Shown here piece after piece: positions 1 through 7,991 of a stretch of DNA of 55,190 nucleotides. The DNA comes from Methanospirillum sp. GTDB lineage: Archaea > Halobacteriota > Methanomicrobia > Methanomicrobiales > Methanospirillaceae. The stretch is taken from the NCBI GenBank assembly GCA_039679395.1, contig JBDKUZ010000007.1, positions 1 through 55,190 on the forward strand, read 5' to 3'. A program made the position numbers and the translations under genes. Every line of letters begins with the position of its first letter. The first letter of the stretch is position 1. The notes under the pieces are model-generated. The model ran no database searches. It had not been told where the DNA came from and worked only from the letters and a program-made list of their open reading frames with translations.

Positions 1-352
1 CGACGTCGATGGGACCGTAGGTGCCGCCGCAGGGGCACGGCTGCCCCGCCCGGCTCGGCAGTTCGACCCGGCCGCAGCCGGCGCAGCGGGCGACGTGATA
101 GATGACCTGGCCCGATGTCGGCGGCTGATCGACGCCGCGCAAGAGGTGCATCAACACGGTCTTGCCCGCGCCCGAACGGCCGATGATCCCCATGATCTCG
201 CCCTCGTGAATCTCGAAGGTGATGTTCGAGAGCGCGCGCTTTCCGTCGAACTCCATGCAGACGCGATCGAGCGTGATCAGCGGGGACGCCGCCATGCCGG
301 CATCCCCTAGGGTCGCGGCCCCGGCCGTGCCACCGGCTGTTCCGTAGATCAT
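1..352 (-). CDS. atwA: ABC-type ATPase, N-terminal part only (methyl-coenzyme M reductase component A2 / AtwA-like); continues past the left edge
   Basis: Reverse translation gives MIYGTAGG..MAASPLITLDRVCMEFDGKRALSNITFEIHEGEIMGIIGRSGAGKTVLMHLLRGVDQPPTSGQVIYHVARCAGCGRVELPSRAGQPCPCGG. It shows a Walker A motif (GRSGAGKT) followed directly by a Cys4 insert, the layout I associate with AtwA-type ATPases of methanogens. The start is either 352 or 295. The ORF is absent from the track because it is truncated. Confidence 0.55.
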   Translation of the reverse strand, partial: MIYGTAGGTAGAATLGDAGMAASPLITLDRVCMEFDGKRALSNITFEIHEGEIMGIIGRSGAGKTVLMHLLRGVDQPPTSGQVIYHVARCAGCGRVELPSRAGQPCPCGGTYGPIDV

Positions 353-441
353 GCCTTCATCCTCACCCATTGTCGTATCTCCGTGCCTTTCGGGACCATC
401 TGTACTTGATATGCGATTGTTACCCATATGTGCGAAAATAC

Positions 442-885
442 TTACCGGTCGTGGTCGGGATCGCAGAGGTACGGACAGTCCCCTTCCGCAGCACGGGGGC
501 ACGCGGCCCCGGTTCTGCGGGGACAGACGCCCTCCTCCGCGCACGAGCAAACGGCCATCTCGATCAGCCGGCCGTTTACGAGCGCGTCCGCCACTTTGCG
601 CCGCGCCTCGTGGAGGTCGCGCCAGAGGGTCTTTCGCGAGATTCGGAGCACGGTCGCGGCCTCCTCCTGCTGGAGGCCCTCGAGGTCGACCAGGCGGAGG
701 ACCTCGATCTCCGCCGGGAGGAGGGAGACCGGCTCCACGTCCCCGGCCGTCTTGCACTGGGGGGCGAAACAGCGGAGCGGCCCCTCGCTCTGGATCGACC
801 GGTTCATCCGCGGCCTCCCCCGCCGGGGGCAATGTGGCTTCCCGTCGCCGGTGCCGTTCATGCACGCCTCATTGTGATCATACAC
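442..885 (-). CDS. DUF134 (UPF0251) family DNA-binding protein with Cys-rich C-terminus
   Basis: ORF 442..885. It has the N-terminal RRGRPR..FAPQ motif, then LLPAEIEVLRLVDLEGLQQEEAATVLRISRKTLWRDLHEARRKVADAL (a sigma-70 region-4-like HTH typical of DUF134). The tail is CSCAEEGVCPRR..CPR..CPYLC. The start could also be the internal MNGTG. Confidence 0.8.
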   Translation of the reverse strand: MYDHNEACMNGTGDGKPHCPRRGRPRMNRSIQSEGPLRCFAPQCKTAGDVEPVSLLPAEIEVLRLVDLEGLQQEEAATVLRISRKTLWRDLHEARRKVADALVNGRLIEMAVCSCAEEGVCPRRTGAACPRAAEGDCPYLCDPDHDR

Positions 886-918
886 CGTTCCGGATTCATA
901 CTAAGGGTTCCATTTCCA

Positions 919-1800
919 TCATTCATGCGGTTCGTTTCCGTCTCTGATCGGCTGGTCGCGCACATCCCAGTGGATGTGGGCGTCCCAGGACGACCGGTCC
1001 AGCAGGTATGCGCCGTCCCCATCGCGGGGGAGGAGGCGGTCGAGGGCGGATCGCAGCAGGGCTTTGGCGTCATTCGAGCAGTTGAGTCGGTCCCGGAGCT
1101 CTGCCACGGCGTCGTCCAGGTCCCCGAACCGGTGGACGGCGGGGGTGAACGCGGCCTCGAGGGTCGCCATGATCCCCATCTGGAAGAGAAGGTTCCAGAC
1201 ACAGTCGGCCATCGGCTCGGGCGGATACTCCGCGCCGTGGATGGCCGGCCAGAGCGCCCGCTCGACCGCGCGCCCTCCCGGCGGTGTCAGGGGATAGAAG
1301 AGGTGGATCCGGCCCCGGCAGACCGCGTGCATCTTCGCGAGCGCGGCCCGGAGGTCGGGCATCAGGAGCGAGTACGAGGCGATGACGGCATCGAAGGGCC
1401 CGCCGAGGGCGGCCGGGTCTACCTCTTCCCATGCCTGCGGGACGATAGCGACCGTCACTCCTCTGCGTTCGGCGGACGTCTGGAGCGCCTGCCGCATCGG
1501 CGCCGACGGCTCGACCGCGGTCACCCGGCCCCGCACGGCCAGGGGAACGGCGAGCGTCCCCGGACCCGCCCCGATGTCCAGGACGCTCGCACCGGCGGGG
1601 ATCGCCATCGACGCCAGCTGGCGCTCCGTAAAGTCCCGGTAATCGGTCTCGACCAACCGCTGATACCGCTCGGCATTCTCGGGCCGCGCGAAGAACTCAG
1701 TCCCGGAGAGGTAGCCCGGCGTGGCCAGCTGTCGCCGTCGCATCGCCATCCAGACCGCGTTCCAGTCGGCATTCCCGGTACCTCCCGGCATCCCGTTCAT
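919..1800 (-). CDS. class I SAM-dependent methyltransferase
   Basis: ORF 919..1800. Motif I is VLDIGAGPGTLAVPLA, followed by VTAVEPSAPM and FDAVIASYSL. The amino-acid composition looks natural, unlike the overlapping frames. Confidence 0.85.
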   Translation of the reverse strand: MNGMPGGTGNADWNAVWMAMRRRQLATPGYLSGTEFFARPENAERYQRLVETDYRDFTERQLASMAIPAGASVLDIGAGPGTLAVPLAVRGRVTAVEPSAPMRQALQTSAERRGVTVAIVPQAWEEVDPAALGGPFDAVIASYSLLMPDLRAALAKMHAVCRGRIHLFYPLTPPGGRAVERALWPAIHGAEYPPEPMADCVWNLLFQMGIMATLEAAFTPAVHRFGDLDDAVAELRDRLNCSNDAKALLRSALDRLLPRDGDGAYLLDRSSWDAHIHWDVRDQPIRDGNEPHE

Positions 1801-1822
1801 TTCCCGTTTCTCCTTGTCATCC

Positions 1823-1877
1823 CAGCGGTCTCGACCGCTGCCCTGAAGGTCACCTTTAACATATTACGCGCATATGT
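1823..1877. promoter_or_regulatory. divergent promoter region with two palindromes
   Basis: A perfect 8+2+8 palindrome, CAGCGGTC-tc-GACCGCTG, lies at 1823-1840. A second one, ACATAT-tacgcgc-ATATGT, lies at 1859-1877 inside AT-rich TATA-like sequence (tttaacatatta / gtaaatat). Both sit between the methyltransferase start (1800, minus) and the DUF5320 start (1916, plus). GGAGGA at 1902-1907 precedes the ATG at 1916. Confidence 0.3.
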
Positions 1878-1915
1878 GTAAATATCCGCCGGTCAGCCGA
1901 CGGAGGAGACAAATC

Positions 1916-2161
1916 ATGCCAGGATTCGATGGCACGGGCCCGCGCGGATGCGGACGCGCCAGAGGACGGGGCCTCGGCCCCTGCAGAACCACGGCGTACG
2001 CGTCGCGGTGGGACCCGGCGGCCGCATCGCCGGTCGAGGGGGCGTCCCCGACAGCAGAGGCGCTCCCGGATGTACAGTACGGGCTGGGTCGCGGAGGCAT
2101 TCCCTGCGGCTCCGGGCACGGGTTCGGCCGCCGCGGGCGGTCCCGGAGAGTGATTCCATGA
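1916..2161 (+). CDS. DUF5320-like small Gly/Arg-rich protein
   Basis: This is an internal start of ORF 1874..2161. It reads MPGFDGTGPRGCGRARGRGLGPC....GRGGIPCGSGHGFGRRGRSRR. The MPxxDGTGPxG...GRG opening is what I recall for DUF5320, a family that co-occurs with DUF134 and NifX-like genes. It has a GGAGGA RBS and its TGA overlaps the next ATG (2158-2161). Confidence 0.65.
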   Translation: MPGFDGTGPRGCGRARGRGLGPCRTTAYASRWDPAAASPVEGASPTAEALPDVQYGLGRGGIPCGSGHGFGRRGRSRRVIP

Positions 2162-2517
2162 AGGTCGCCATTGCGGCGGAGGGCGCCGCAGTCTCCGAAC
2201 ATTTCGGGCACTGCGAGGGATACGCCGTGTACCGCATCGAGGACGGCGGGGCCGAGCGGCTCGACGACCTCCCCAACCCGGGCCACTCGCCCGGTTTCCT
2301 TCCCGTATATCTCGCCGAGCGCGGTATCGGCACCGTGATCGCGGGCGGCATGGGCCCACGCGCGGCCGACCTGTTCTGCCAGAACGGGATCGACGTCGTG
2401 CTTGGGGTCTCCGGCCCGGTCGCGGAGATCGCGCGACAGTTCGCCGGGGGCACGCTCGTCGGGGGCACGAGTATCTGCACCCACGACCACTGCACCGGCG
2501 ACTGCGGGTCGCACTGA
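2158..2517 (+). CDS. NifX/NifB-C-type (dinitrogenase iron-molybdenum cofactor biosynthesis domain) protein
   Basis: This is the internal start MKVAIAAEG of ORF 1948..2517. It reads SEHFGHCEGYAVY...GHSPGFLPVYLAERGIGTVIAGGMGPRAADLFCQNGIDVV, the typical NifX-like ribonuclease-H-like fold signature. It ends in a Cys/His tail, CTHDHCTGDCGSH. Confidence 0.85.
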   Translation: MKVAIAAEGAAVSEHFGHCEGYAVYRIEDGGAERLDDLPNPGHSPGFLPVYLAERGIGTVIAGGMGPRAADLFCQNGIDVVLGVSGPVAEIARQFAGGTLVGGTSICTHDHCTGDCGSH

Positions 2518-2533
2518 GCCGGGAGACCCGCTC

Positions 2534-2710
2534 ATGCCATACACCGTCGATCTCGACCTCTGCACCGGCTGCGGGGCCTGCATCGCGGCCTGCCCGGCAG
2601 AGGCCATCGCGCTCGAGGGAGACTGCGCCCGGATCGATACGGCGCTCTGCGCTGAGTGCGGGTCATGCATCGAGGAGTGCCCGGCCGGCGCCATCGCGGA
2701 GTCGGCCTGA
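2534..2710 (+). CDS. 2x[4Fe-4S] ferredoxin (58 aa)
   Basis: This is the internal start MPYTVDLDLCTGCGACIAACPAEAI...CAECGSCIEECPAGAI of ORF 2402..2710. It carries two CxxCxxCxxxCP motifs. Confidence 0.8.
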   Translation: MPYTVDLDLCTGCGACIAACPAEAIALEGDCARIDTALCAECGSCIEECPAGAIAESA

Positions 2711-2724
2711 CCGGGAGAGCACCC

Positions 2725-3060
2725 ATGAAGGTTTGCATCACCGCGCAGGGGGCGGGGCTGGAGGCGCCGGTCGACCGCAGGTTCGCCCGCGCGCCGTTCT
2801 TCGTCTTCGTCGACACGGACACGGGCGAGATCCATTCCGTCGCCAACGCGCTCTGCACCGGCCACGGCGGCGTCGGGCCGCGCGTGGTCGAGTTCATCGC
2901 CGAGTACGGCGCCGAAGCGCTGGTCACGGGCCGGCTCGGAGAGAACGCGGATCGGACACTCCGAGCTGCCGGGATTCCCGCGTTCGCAGTAACCGGGGAG
3001 ACGACCGTGGGCGAGGCGCTTGAGGCGTTTCGCCTGTGCGCGCTCCGCGAGATCACCTGA
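2725..3060 (+). CDS. NifX/NifB-C-type cofactor-binding domain protein (second copy)
   Basis: This is the internal start MKVCITAQGAGLEAPVDRRFARAPFFVFVDTDTGE...GPRVVEFIAEYGAEALVTGRLGENADRTLRAAGIPAF of ORF 2656..3060. Confidence 0.85.
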   Translation: MKVCITAQGAGLEAPVDRRFARAPFFVFVDTDTGEIHSVANALCTGHGGVGPRVVEFIAEYGAEALVTGRLGENADRTLRAAGIPAFAVTGETTVGEALEAFRLCALREIT

Positions 3061-3069
3061 GGAGCAAGG

Positions 3070-3918
3070 ATGAAACTCGTCGTCGCCAGCGGCAAGGGCG
3101 GGACCGGGAAGACGACGGTCGCCGCGAACCTCGCGTTCACGCTGGCCCGGTCGCGCGAGGTCGTGGCCGTGGACTGCGACGTCGAGGGACCGAACCTTCA
3201 CCTCTACTTTCCCTCGGATTTTCAGGAGGTGCCGGCACTCGTCCCCGTGCCGGCCTTCGACGCCGACCGCTGCACCCTCTGCGGCGAGTGCGGCCGGGTC
3301 TGTCGCTTCGGCGCGATCAGCGTCCTCCCGACGGGAGTCTTCTTCCTCCCCGACCTCTGCCACAGCTGCGGGGGCTGCGGGTTTGTCTGCCCCGAGAACG
3401 CCGTCAGGAATGAGTACCGGGCGGTCGGCACCGTCCGGTCTGCACGTCCCTTTCCATCCCTCACCCTGATCGGCGGCGCCCTCGGCGAGGGCGAGGTCCA
3501 GGGGCCGGCCGTGGTGCGGCAGGCGAAGGCGCTGGCCGGGGACGCGCCGCTCGTCGTCCTCGACGCCCCGCCCGGGATCGGCTGCACGGTGATCGAGGCC
3601 CTGAAGGGGGCGGACGCCTGCCTGCTCGTGACCGAGTCGACCCCGTTCGGCGCACACGACCTCGCCCTCGCGGCCGAGGTCGTCGGCCAGCTCGGGTTCC
3701 CGGCCGGGGTCGTGATCAACCGGTCCGACGGCGATGACCGCGTGACCCGGCAGCTCTGCCGCGACCTCGGTCTTCCCGTCCTCATGACCATCCCGTTCGA
3801 CCGGTCCATCGCGGCCATCCAGAACGGCGGCGGGCTGATCGCCCGGGAGCGCGAGGGCTGGCGGTCGCGCTTTGTCACCCTCTTTGACGACGCGTGCGCC
3901 CTCAGAGGCGGGGCATGA
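3070..3918 (+). CDS. MinD/ParA-family P-loop ATPase with inserted 2x[4Fe-4S] ferredoxin module
   Basis: ORF 3070..3918. It has the deviant Walker A SGKGGTGKTT. The insert reads CTLCGECGRVCRFGAI ... CHSCGGCGFVCPENAV, and Walker B is VVLDAPPG. Confidence 0.9.
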   Translation: MKLVVASGKGGTGKTTVAANLAFTLARSREVVAVDCDVEGPNLHLYFPSDFQEVPALVPVPAFDADRCTLCGECGRVCRFGAISVLPTGVFFLPDLCHSCGGCGFVCPENAVRNEYRAVGTVRSARPFPSLTLIGGALGEGEVQGPAVVRQAKALAGDAPLVVLDAPPGIGCTVIEALKGADACLLVTESTPFGAHDLALAAEVVGQLGFPAGVVINRSDGDDRVTRQLCRDLGLPVLMTIPFDRSIAAIQNGGGLIAREREGWRSRFVTLFDDACALRGGA

Positions 3919-4865
3919 TCCGCCTGGCCGTGGTCAGTGGCAAGGGCGGGACCGGCAAGACCGTGGTGACGGCGGGGTTCGCCGCCCTCGCGGGCGGTCC
4001 CATGCTCCTCGCCGACTGCGACGTCGAGGCCGCGAACCTGGAGCTCCTGCTCTCGGCCCGGTGGGCCCGGGCCAGTCCGTTCGAGGGGGCGGAGACGGCC
4101 GTCGTCGACCCCGAGAAATGCTGGGGGTGTGGACGATGCGTCGAGCTCTGCCGGTTCGGGGCGCTCACGGTGCGGGACGACGCGCTTGCCGTCTGCGAGC
4201 CGCGGGACTGCGAGGGCTGCGGCCTCTGCGAACGGGTCTGCCCGAACGGCGCCATCACCCTCAAGCCTCGGGTCAGCGGGGCCGTCCTCCGGTCGACCGC
4301 CGACTACGGTTCCCTGAGCCACGCCCGGCTCTATCCCGGGTCGGGGAACTCCGGGCTCCTGGTCCAAACCGTGAAGCACCAGACTGAGAGGCATGCGGGC
4401 CGGGCCGACCTGCTCCTGATCGACAGTCCGCCCGGGACCGGCTGTCCCCTGATCTCGACCGTCGGCGGCACGGACGCGGTCGTGGTGGTCGCCGAGCCGA
4501 GCCGCTCGGGCCTCCACGACCTGCGGCGCGTGGTCGGGGTCTGCCGGCGCTTCGGGGTCCGCATCTTTGCCGTGATCAACAGGTGGGACCTGGACCCCGC
4601 GATCGCGGGGGAGATCGAGGCCGAATGCACGGCCCGGGGCATACCGGTCCTCGGCCGGATACCGTTCGATCCGGCCGTGATCGAGGCCGTCAGGGCCGGT
4701 CGGCCGATCAGCGGGACGGACTCCCCCGCAGCGGGGGCGCTTGCCGACTGCTGGGCGGTGCTCGGGCGCGAACTCGGGCTCGCCCGGGCCGAGGACGGCG
4801 ACCGGCCGTCTCCCGAACAATCTCCGAACAGCGATGACAGCGAGACGATCACCCAGAACATCTGA
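3915..4865 (+). CDS. MinD/ParA-family P-loop ATPase with inserted 2x[4Fe-4S] ferredoxin module (paralog)
   Basis: This is the internal start MIRLAVVSGKGGTGKT of ORF 3894..4865. The insert reads CWGCGRCVELCRFGAL ... CEGCGLCERVCPNGAI. An ATGA overlap joins it to the preceding gene. Confidence 0.9.
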   Translation: MIRLAVVSGKGGTGKTVVTAGFAALAGGPMLLADCDVEAANLELLLSARWARASPFEGAETAVVDPEKCWGCGRCVELCRFGALTVRDDALAVCEPRDCEGCGLCERVCPNGAITLKPRVSGAVLRSTADYGSLSHARLYPGSGNSGLLVQTVKHQTERHAGRADLLLIDSPPGTGCPLISTVGGTDAVVVVAEPSRSGLHDLRRVVGVCRRFGVRIFAVINRWDLDPAIAGEIEAECTARGIPVLGRIPFDPAVIEAVRAGRPISGTDSPAAGALADCWAVLGRELGLARAEDGDRPSPEQSPNSDDSETITQNI

Positions 4866-4869
4866 TACC

Positions 4870-5745
4870 ATGAGTTTGCAAAACCAGGCACAGGCCGAGA
4901 TCGAAGCAGAAGTACAGCAGGCCGGTACCGCGAGCCAACCGCTCCAGCAGGCGCAGAGCACGCTTCCTCCGAAGGCCGGGATCGACGTCAAGCACGTACT
5001 CCTCGTCCTCTCGGGCAAGGGCGGCGTGGGCAAGTCCACCGTCGCGGTGAACCTCGCGACGGCGCTCGCGAGCCATGGTCTGAACGTCGGATTACTCGAC
5101 CTCGACTTTCACGGACCGAGCATCCCCAAGATGCTGGGTCTTGAAGGGCACGTACCGACAGCCTCCGCTGCCGGGATTGAACCCGTCCGGGTGACCGGGA
5201 CCCTCGCGGCCATGTCGATCGGGTTCCTCCTCCCGAGCTCGGACGCCCCTGTGATCTGGCGCGGGCCAGTGAAGATGGGGGTTATTCGGCAGTTCCTGGC
5301 GGAGGTCAACTGGGGGCCACTCGACTATCTGGTGGTCGATCTGCCGCCCGGCACCGGCGACGAGGCGCTGACCATCGCCCAGCTCGCGCCGAACCTCCGT
5401 GGCGCCGTCATTGTCACCACGCCGCAGGATGTCGCCGTGCTCGACGCGGTCAAGGCGGTGAAGTTCATCCAGCAGCTCGGGATACCGGTCCTGGGGATCA
5501 TCGAGAACATGAGCGGGCTGGTCTGCCCCCACTGCGGCGAAACGGTCGACATGTTCGGCCGGGGCGGGGGTAGGAAGGCCGCGCAGAACCACGGCGTCCC
5601 ATACCTCGGGGCGATACCCCTCGACCCTGAGATGATGCGATCGGGGGACGAGGGTCGCCCGTACATCCTTCAGAACGCCGACTCACCCACGTGGAAAGCG
5701 GTCGATGACGTGATGGAGAACCTGGTGGCCGAGGTCGAGACCTGA
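4870..5745 (+). CDS. Mrp/NBP35 (ApbC-type) Fe-S cluster carrier ATPase
   Basis: This is the internal start MSLQNQ of ORF 4741..5745. Motifs: VLSGKGGVGKSTVAVNLA, VVDLPPGTGDE and the CPHCG cluster-bridging motif. Confidence 0.9.
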   Translation: MSLQNQAQAEIEAEVQQAGTASQPLQQAQSTLPPKAGIDVKHVLLVLSGKGGVGKSTVAVNLATALASHGLNVGLLDLDFHGPSIPKMLGLEGHVPTASAAGIEPVRVTGTLAAMSIGFLLPSSDAPVIWRGPVKMGVIRQFLAEVNWGPLDYLVVDLPPGTGDEALTIAQLAPNLRGAVIVTTPQDVAVLDAVKAVKFIQQLGIPVLGIIENMSGLVCPHCGETVDMFGRGGGRKAAQNHGVPYLGAIPLDPEMMRSGDEGRPYILQNADSPTWKAVDDVMENLVAEVET

Positions 5746-6095
5746 ATCCGCGTCTTGCGGCATAGGGACCTCATTTTATTTTCTGTCCGAGGACGCGGCT
5801 GGTGCTCCCGATGCAGACCGCGCTGACCGGGGGCATCCGGGTATAGAGCAGGGAGACGCATGCTGGTCTCCTCTGTTCTTTCCTTACTATCACGACTACT
5901 TCGCCGATGTCGTGCGATATGCGTCACCGACGCATCCCATTTTCCGGTGGAAACAGACTTGGCCGCTCTCGCCATCTTCATTCTGGCCTTCACCACGATC
6001 AAGATAGTGCTGCATCGGCGGACCATGGCGAGAAGGATGTGGGTACGGTTTCACGCAACCGACTCTTTAAATACAACGTCCGATAAGGGAGTCGT

Positions 6096-6734
6096 ATGGC
6101 GAATCCAGAAAAAGTTGTAATCCCGCAGGGGGTCTGGGACTTTCACGGGCATGTCTGCCCGTTCATGCCGATCGGCTACCGGATGGGGCTCATCGCTATG
6201 CGCGAACTCGACATCGGCCATGTCGGCGACCACGGGGCCATGGGCCTCTCGGAGATGGGCGTCGGCCACCCCCAGACCTGCATGATGGACGGGTTCATGG
6301 CAGTCACGGGGTGCACGTACGGCAAACTGATGATGGAGCGGCTCAACTACGGCAAGGTCGCCTGCCTGCTCGTTGCTCCGGGGAAGGGAGCGGTCCGGGT
6401 CTACCTGAAGTCCGACTTCCAAGATACGCTCGGTAAGCAGGAGTTCTTCGCCTACCGGAAGCGGGGGATAGAGCCGTCGCAGATCCCTGCGGAAGTCACG
6501 AATGCAGTCGTCGAGGTCGTCCTCTCCGCGCCGGGCGAGGAGATGTTCGAGGTCACGCGCCTGCCGGAGCTCGCCTTCTCCCATCCGAAGGGCTCCTTCG
6601 CGAAGACAAAGTGCAGCAACTGCGGTGAATACGTCTTCGAACGCTACGTCCGGATGGTCGACGGCAAACCGCGCTGCATCCCATGCTCGGGGTACGACCA
6701 GACCTGGGTGAACGTCCTCAAGGGGATCCAGTAA
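6096..6734 (+). CDS. FmdE-family protein with C-terminal zinc ribbon
   Basis: ORF 6096..6734. It contains HGHVCPFMPIGYRMG (FmdE-type motif) and the C-terminal KCSNCGEYV....KPRCIPC. Confidence 0.85.
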   Translation: MANPEKVVIPQGVWDFHGHVCPFMPIGYRMGLIAMRELDIGHVGDHGAMGLSEMGVGHPQTCMMDGFMAVTGCTYGKLMMERLNYGKVACLLVAPGKGAVRVYLKSDFQDTLGKQEFFAYRKRGIEPSQIPAEVTNAVVEVVLSAPGEEMFEVTRLPELAFSHPKGSFAKTKCSNCGEYVFERYVRMVDGKPRCIPCSGYDQTWVNVLKGIQ

Positions 6735-6743
6735 GCGTCCCCC

Positions 6744-7514
6744 ATGGACCCCCTCTGGATCGCGATCGGCGCGGTCTTCCTCGTCTCGATCGTCTTCTCC
6801 ATGTTCGGGCAGGGCGGCGGGTCGCTCTATACCCCGATCCTCTTTCTGCTCGGCTTCTCCGCCCTGACCTCGATCTCGACCTCGCTCGCGCTCAACCTCT
6901 TCACGGCGCTCACGGCCTCGATCGTGTACTACCGCTCCGGTCTGGTCGACGTCCGCTTCGCGCTCTGGTTCGTCCCGGGCATCTGCATCGGGGCGTTTCT
7001 GGGTGGGGTTCTGACCGCGTATATCGACCCCGCGCTCCTGATGTGGCTCTTCGTCATCTTCCTTGTGGGTGCCGGGGCACGGATGATCTCCACGTACTGG
7101 GAGAAGGGGGCGACCGAGGGAACATGCCCGGCCCAGTACCCGAACTGGATGTACGCCCTGATCATGATCTTCAGCTTCGTGGTCGGCATTATCTCCGGCC
7201 TGCTCGGGGTCGGCGGCGGGATCCTGATCGTGCCTTTCCTGATCTTCCTCTGCCGTTATCCGACGAAGAACTCCGCCGGGGTGGTCAGTTTTATCGTGAT
7301 CTTCTCGTCCCTCTTCGGCGTGGCCGGCCACCTGACGACAGGGGGGCTTGACATCCCCTTGATAGTTGGCGCTGGGATCGCCGTCGTGATCGGTGCAACG
7401 ATTGGAGCGCGAAGCATGGTGAAGCTCCCGGGGGGGTATATCAAGGTGGGGTTCGGCGTGATCCTCTGGATCTTTGCGATCCAGCTGATACTTCGGCTGA
7501 CCCATCTCCTGTAA
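6744..7514 (+). CDS. TauE/SafE (DUF81) family anion exporter, membrane protein
   Basis: ORF 6744..7514. It is hydrophobic throughout, with duplicated GxGGG(S/I)L motifs (FGQGGGSLYTP; LLGVGGGILIVP). Confidence 0.9.
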   Translation: MDPLWIAIGAVFLVSIVFSMFGQGGGSLYTPILFLLGFSALTSISTSLALNLFTALTASIVYYRSGLVDVRFALWFVPGICIGAFLGGVLTAYIDPALLMWLFVIFLVGAGARMISTYWEKGATEGTCPAQYPNWMYALIMIFSFVVGIISGLLGVGGGILIVPFLIFLCRYPTKNSAGVVSFIVIFSSLFGVAGHLTTGGLDIPLIVGAGIAVVIGATIGARSMVKLPGGYIKVGFGVILWIFAIQLILRLTHLL

Positions 7515-7670
7515 ATATTTTTTCTGTCGGCGGCGGCGTTTTTCCGCGCCTGAAAGGTCCCGTGACACGATCACTCTCATCAAAACGGCAGGAACATCCA
7601 GGTTCTGGCCAGCCACGGGGCCAAGCCGCACCTCACGCTGGCCCCACGGGTTGCAGAGCCCGCCGGTACC

Positions 7671-7805
7671 TCATGCAGCCGGCAGGGTGAAGAAGAATGT
7701 CGAGCCCTCGCCCGGTGTCGATGTTCCCCGCGCACGCCTGATATGAGTGATTGATTCAAGGCTACAGATTGAGTGCTGGATAACACCGGTATGAATGTTA
7801 TTCAC
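7671..7805 (-). pseudogene. 3' remnant of a sensor histidine kinase (HATPase_c end only)
   Basis: The minus frame ending at TGA 7671-7673 reads ...THIRRARGTSTPGEGSTFFFTLPAA*. The STPGEGSTFFFTLP tail is the canonical end of an HATPase_c domain. The frame is closed about 45 codons upstream, where AT-rich DNA begins. No kinase body is present. Confidence 0.35.
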
Positions 7806-7866
7806 TCATTTAACGCTTCTACTTGGGTTTTTGTTTCACCCGACGGCTATAGGAGAGTATTTTTGA

Positions 7867-7957
7867 CATTGAGTATCATTTCAAGCCGTAAACATACCAT
7901 TGGAGGTTGAAACATGGAAAATCCTGAGGACTTTCCAGAATTCAACCTCAGAACGGA
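7867..7957 (+). repeat. copy A of a ~92-nt duplicated leader element (promoter-like AT tract, GGAGGT RBS, ATG, first ~14 codons)
   Basis: cattgagtatcatttcaagccgtaaacataccattggaggttgaaacATGgaaaatcctgaggactttccagaattcaacctcagaacgga aligns at roughly 80 percent identity with 8318-8410. Confidence 0.75.
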
Positions 7958-7991
7958 GTTCTCCATAGCAGTATCTTTTTCTGTGGCATGA
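7914..7991 (+). CDS. 25-aa acidic mini-ORF behind leader copy A (MENPEDFPEFNLRTEFSIAVSFSVA)
   Basis: GGAGGT lies 6 nt upstream of ATG 7914. Its TGA overlaps the ATG of the next mini-ORF (ATGA at 7988-7991). There is no homology evidence. Confidence 0.3.
   Translation: MENPEDFPEFNLRTEFSIAVSFSVA

Noticed and set aside
1948-2157. N-terminal extensions suggested by the ORF track for many genes (e.g. 1948..2517, 2402..2710, 2656..3060, 3894, 4741, 11576, 15244, 44982, 48888, 50886, 54079).
   Set aside because: The extensions are Arg/Pro-rich and overlap the preceding gene. An internal ATG gives a canonical family N-terminus, usually with a short gap or an ATGA overlap to the upstream stop.
2158-3060. 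Possible nitrogenase (nif) locus, because of two dinitrogenase FeMo-cofactor biosynthesis-domain proteins.
   Set aside because: No nifH/D/K/E/N/B radical-SAM genes are present in the window. These small NifX-like domains are widespread in non-diazotrophic anaerobes. They are therefore treated as generic cluster carriers.
5746-6095. 350-bp lower-GC spacer with ORFs 5670..6026 (minus) and 5860..6120 (plus) and small hairpins (GGAGAC-gcatgctg-GTCTCC at about 5851-5870).
   Set aside because: No recognisable protein motif, no convincing RBS or TATA for either ORF, and no RNA family I can recognise. It is left unannotated. It may simply be the promoter/5' region of the FmdE-TauE pair.
6051-7631. 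526-aa minus-strand ORF covering the FmdE and TauE genes. Similar giants are 11504..13279, 13513..14916 (upstream half), 15640..17160, 21082..22485, 23115..25112, 24681..26867, 26906..28291, 30390..34493, 35952..37274, 39908..41818, 40195..43179, 46633..47892 and 51399..53050.
   Set aside because: These are typical high-GC antisense or off-frame ORFs. They are extremely rich in R/P/G/E/D/A and carry no motifs. Each overlaps a gene with clear family signatures on the other strand or in another frame.
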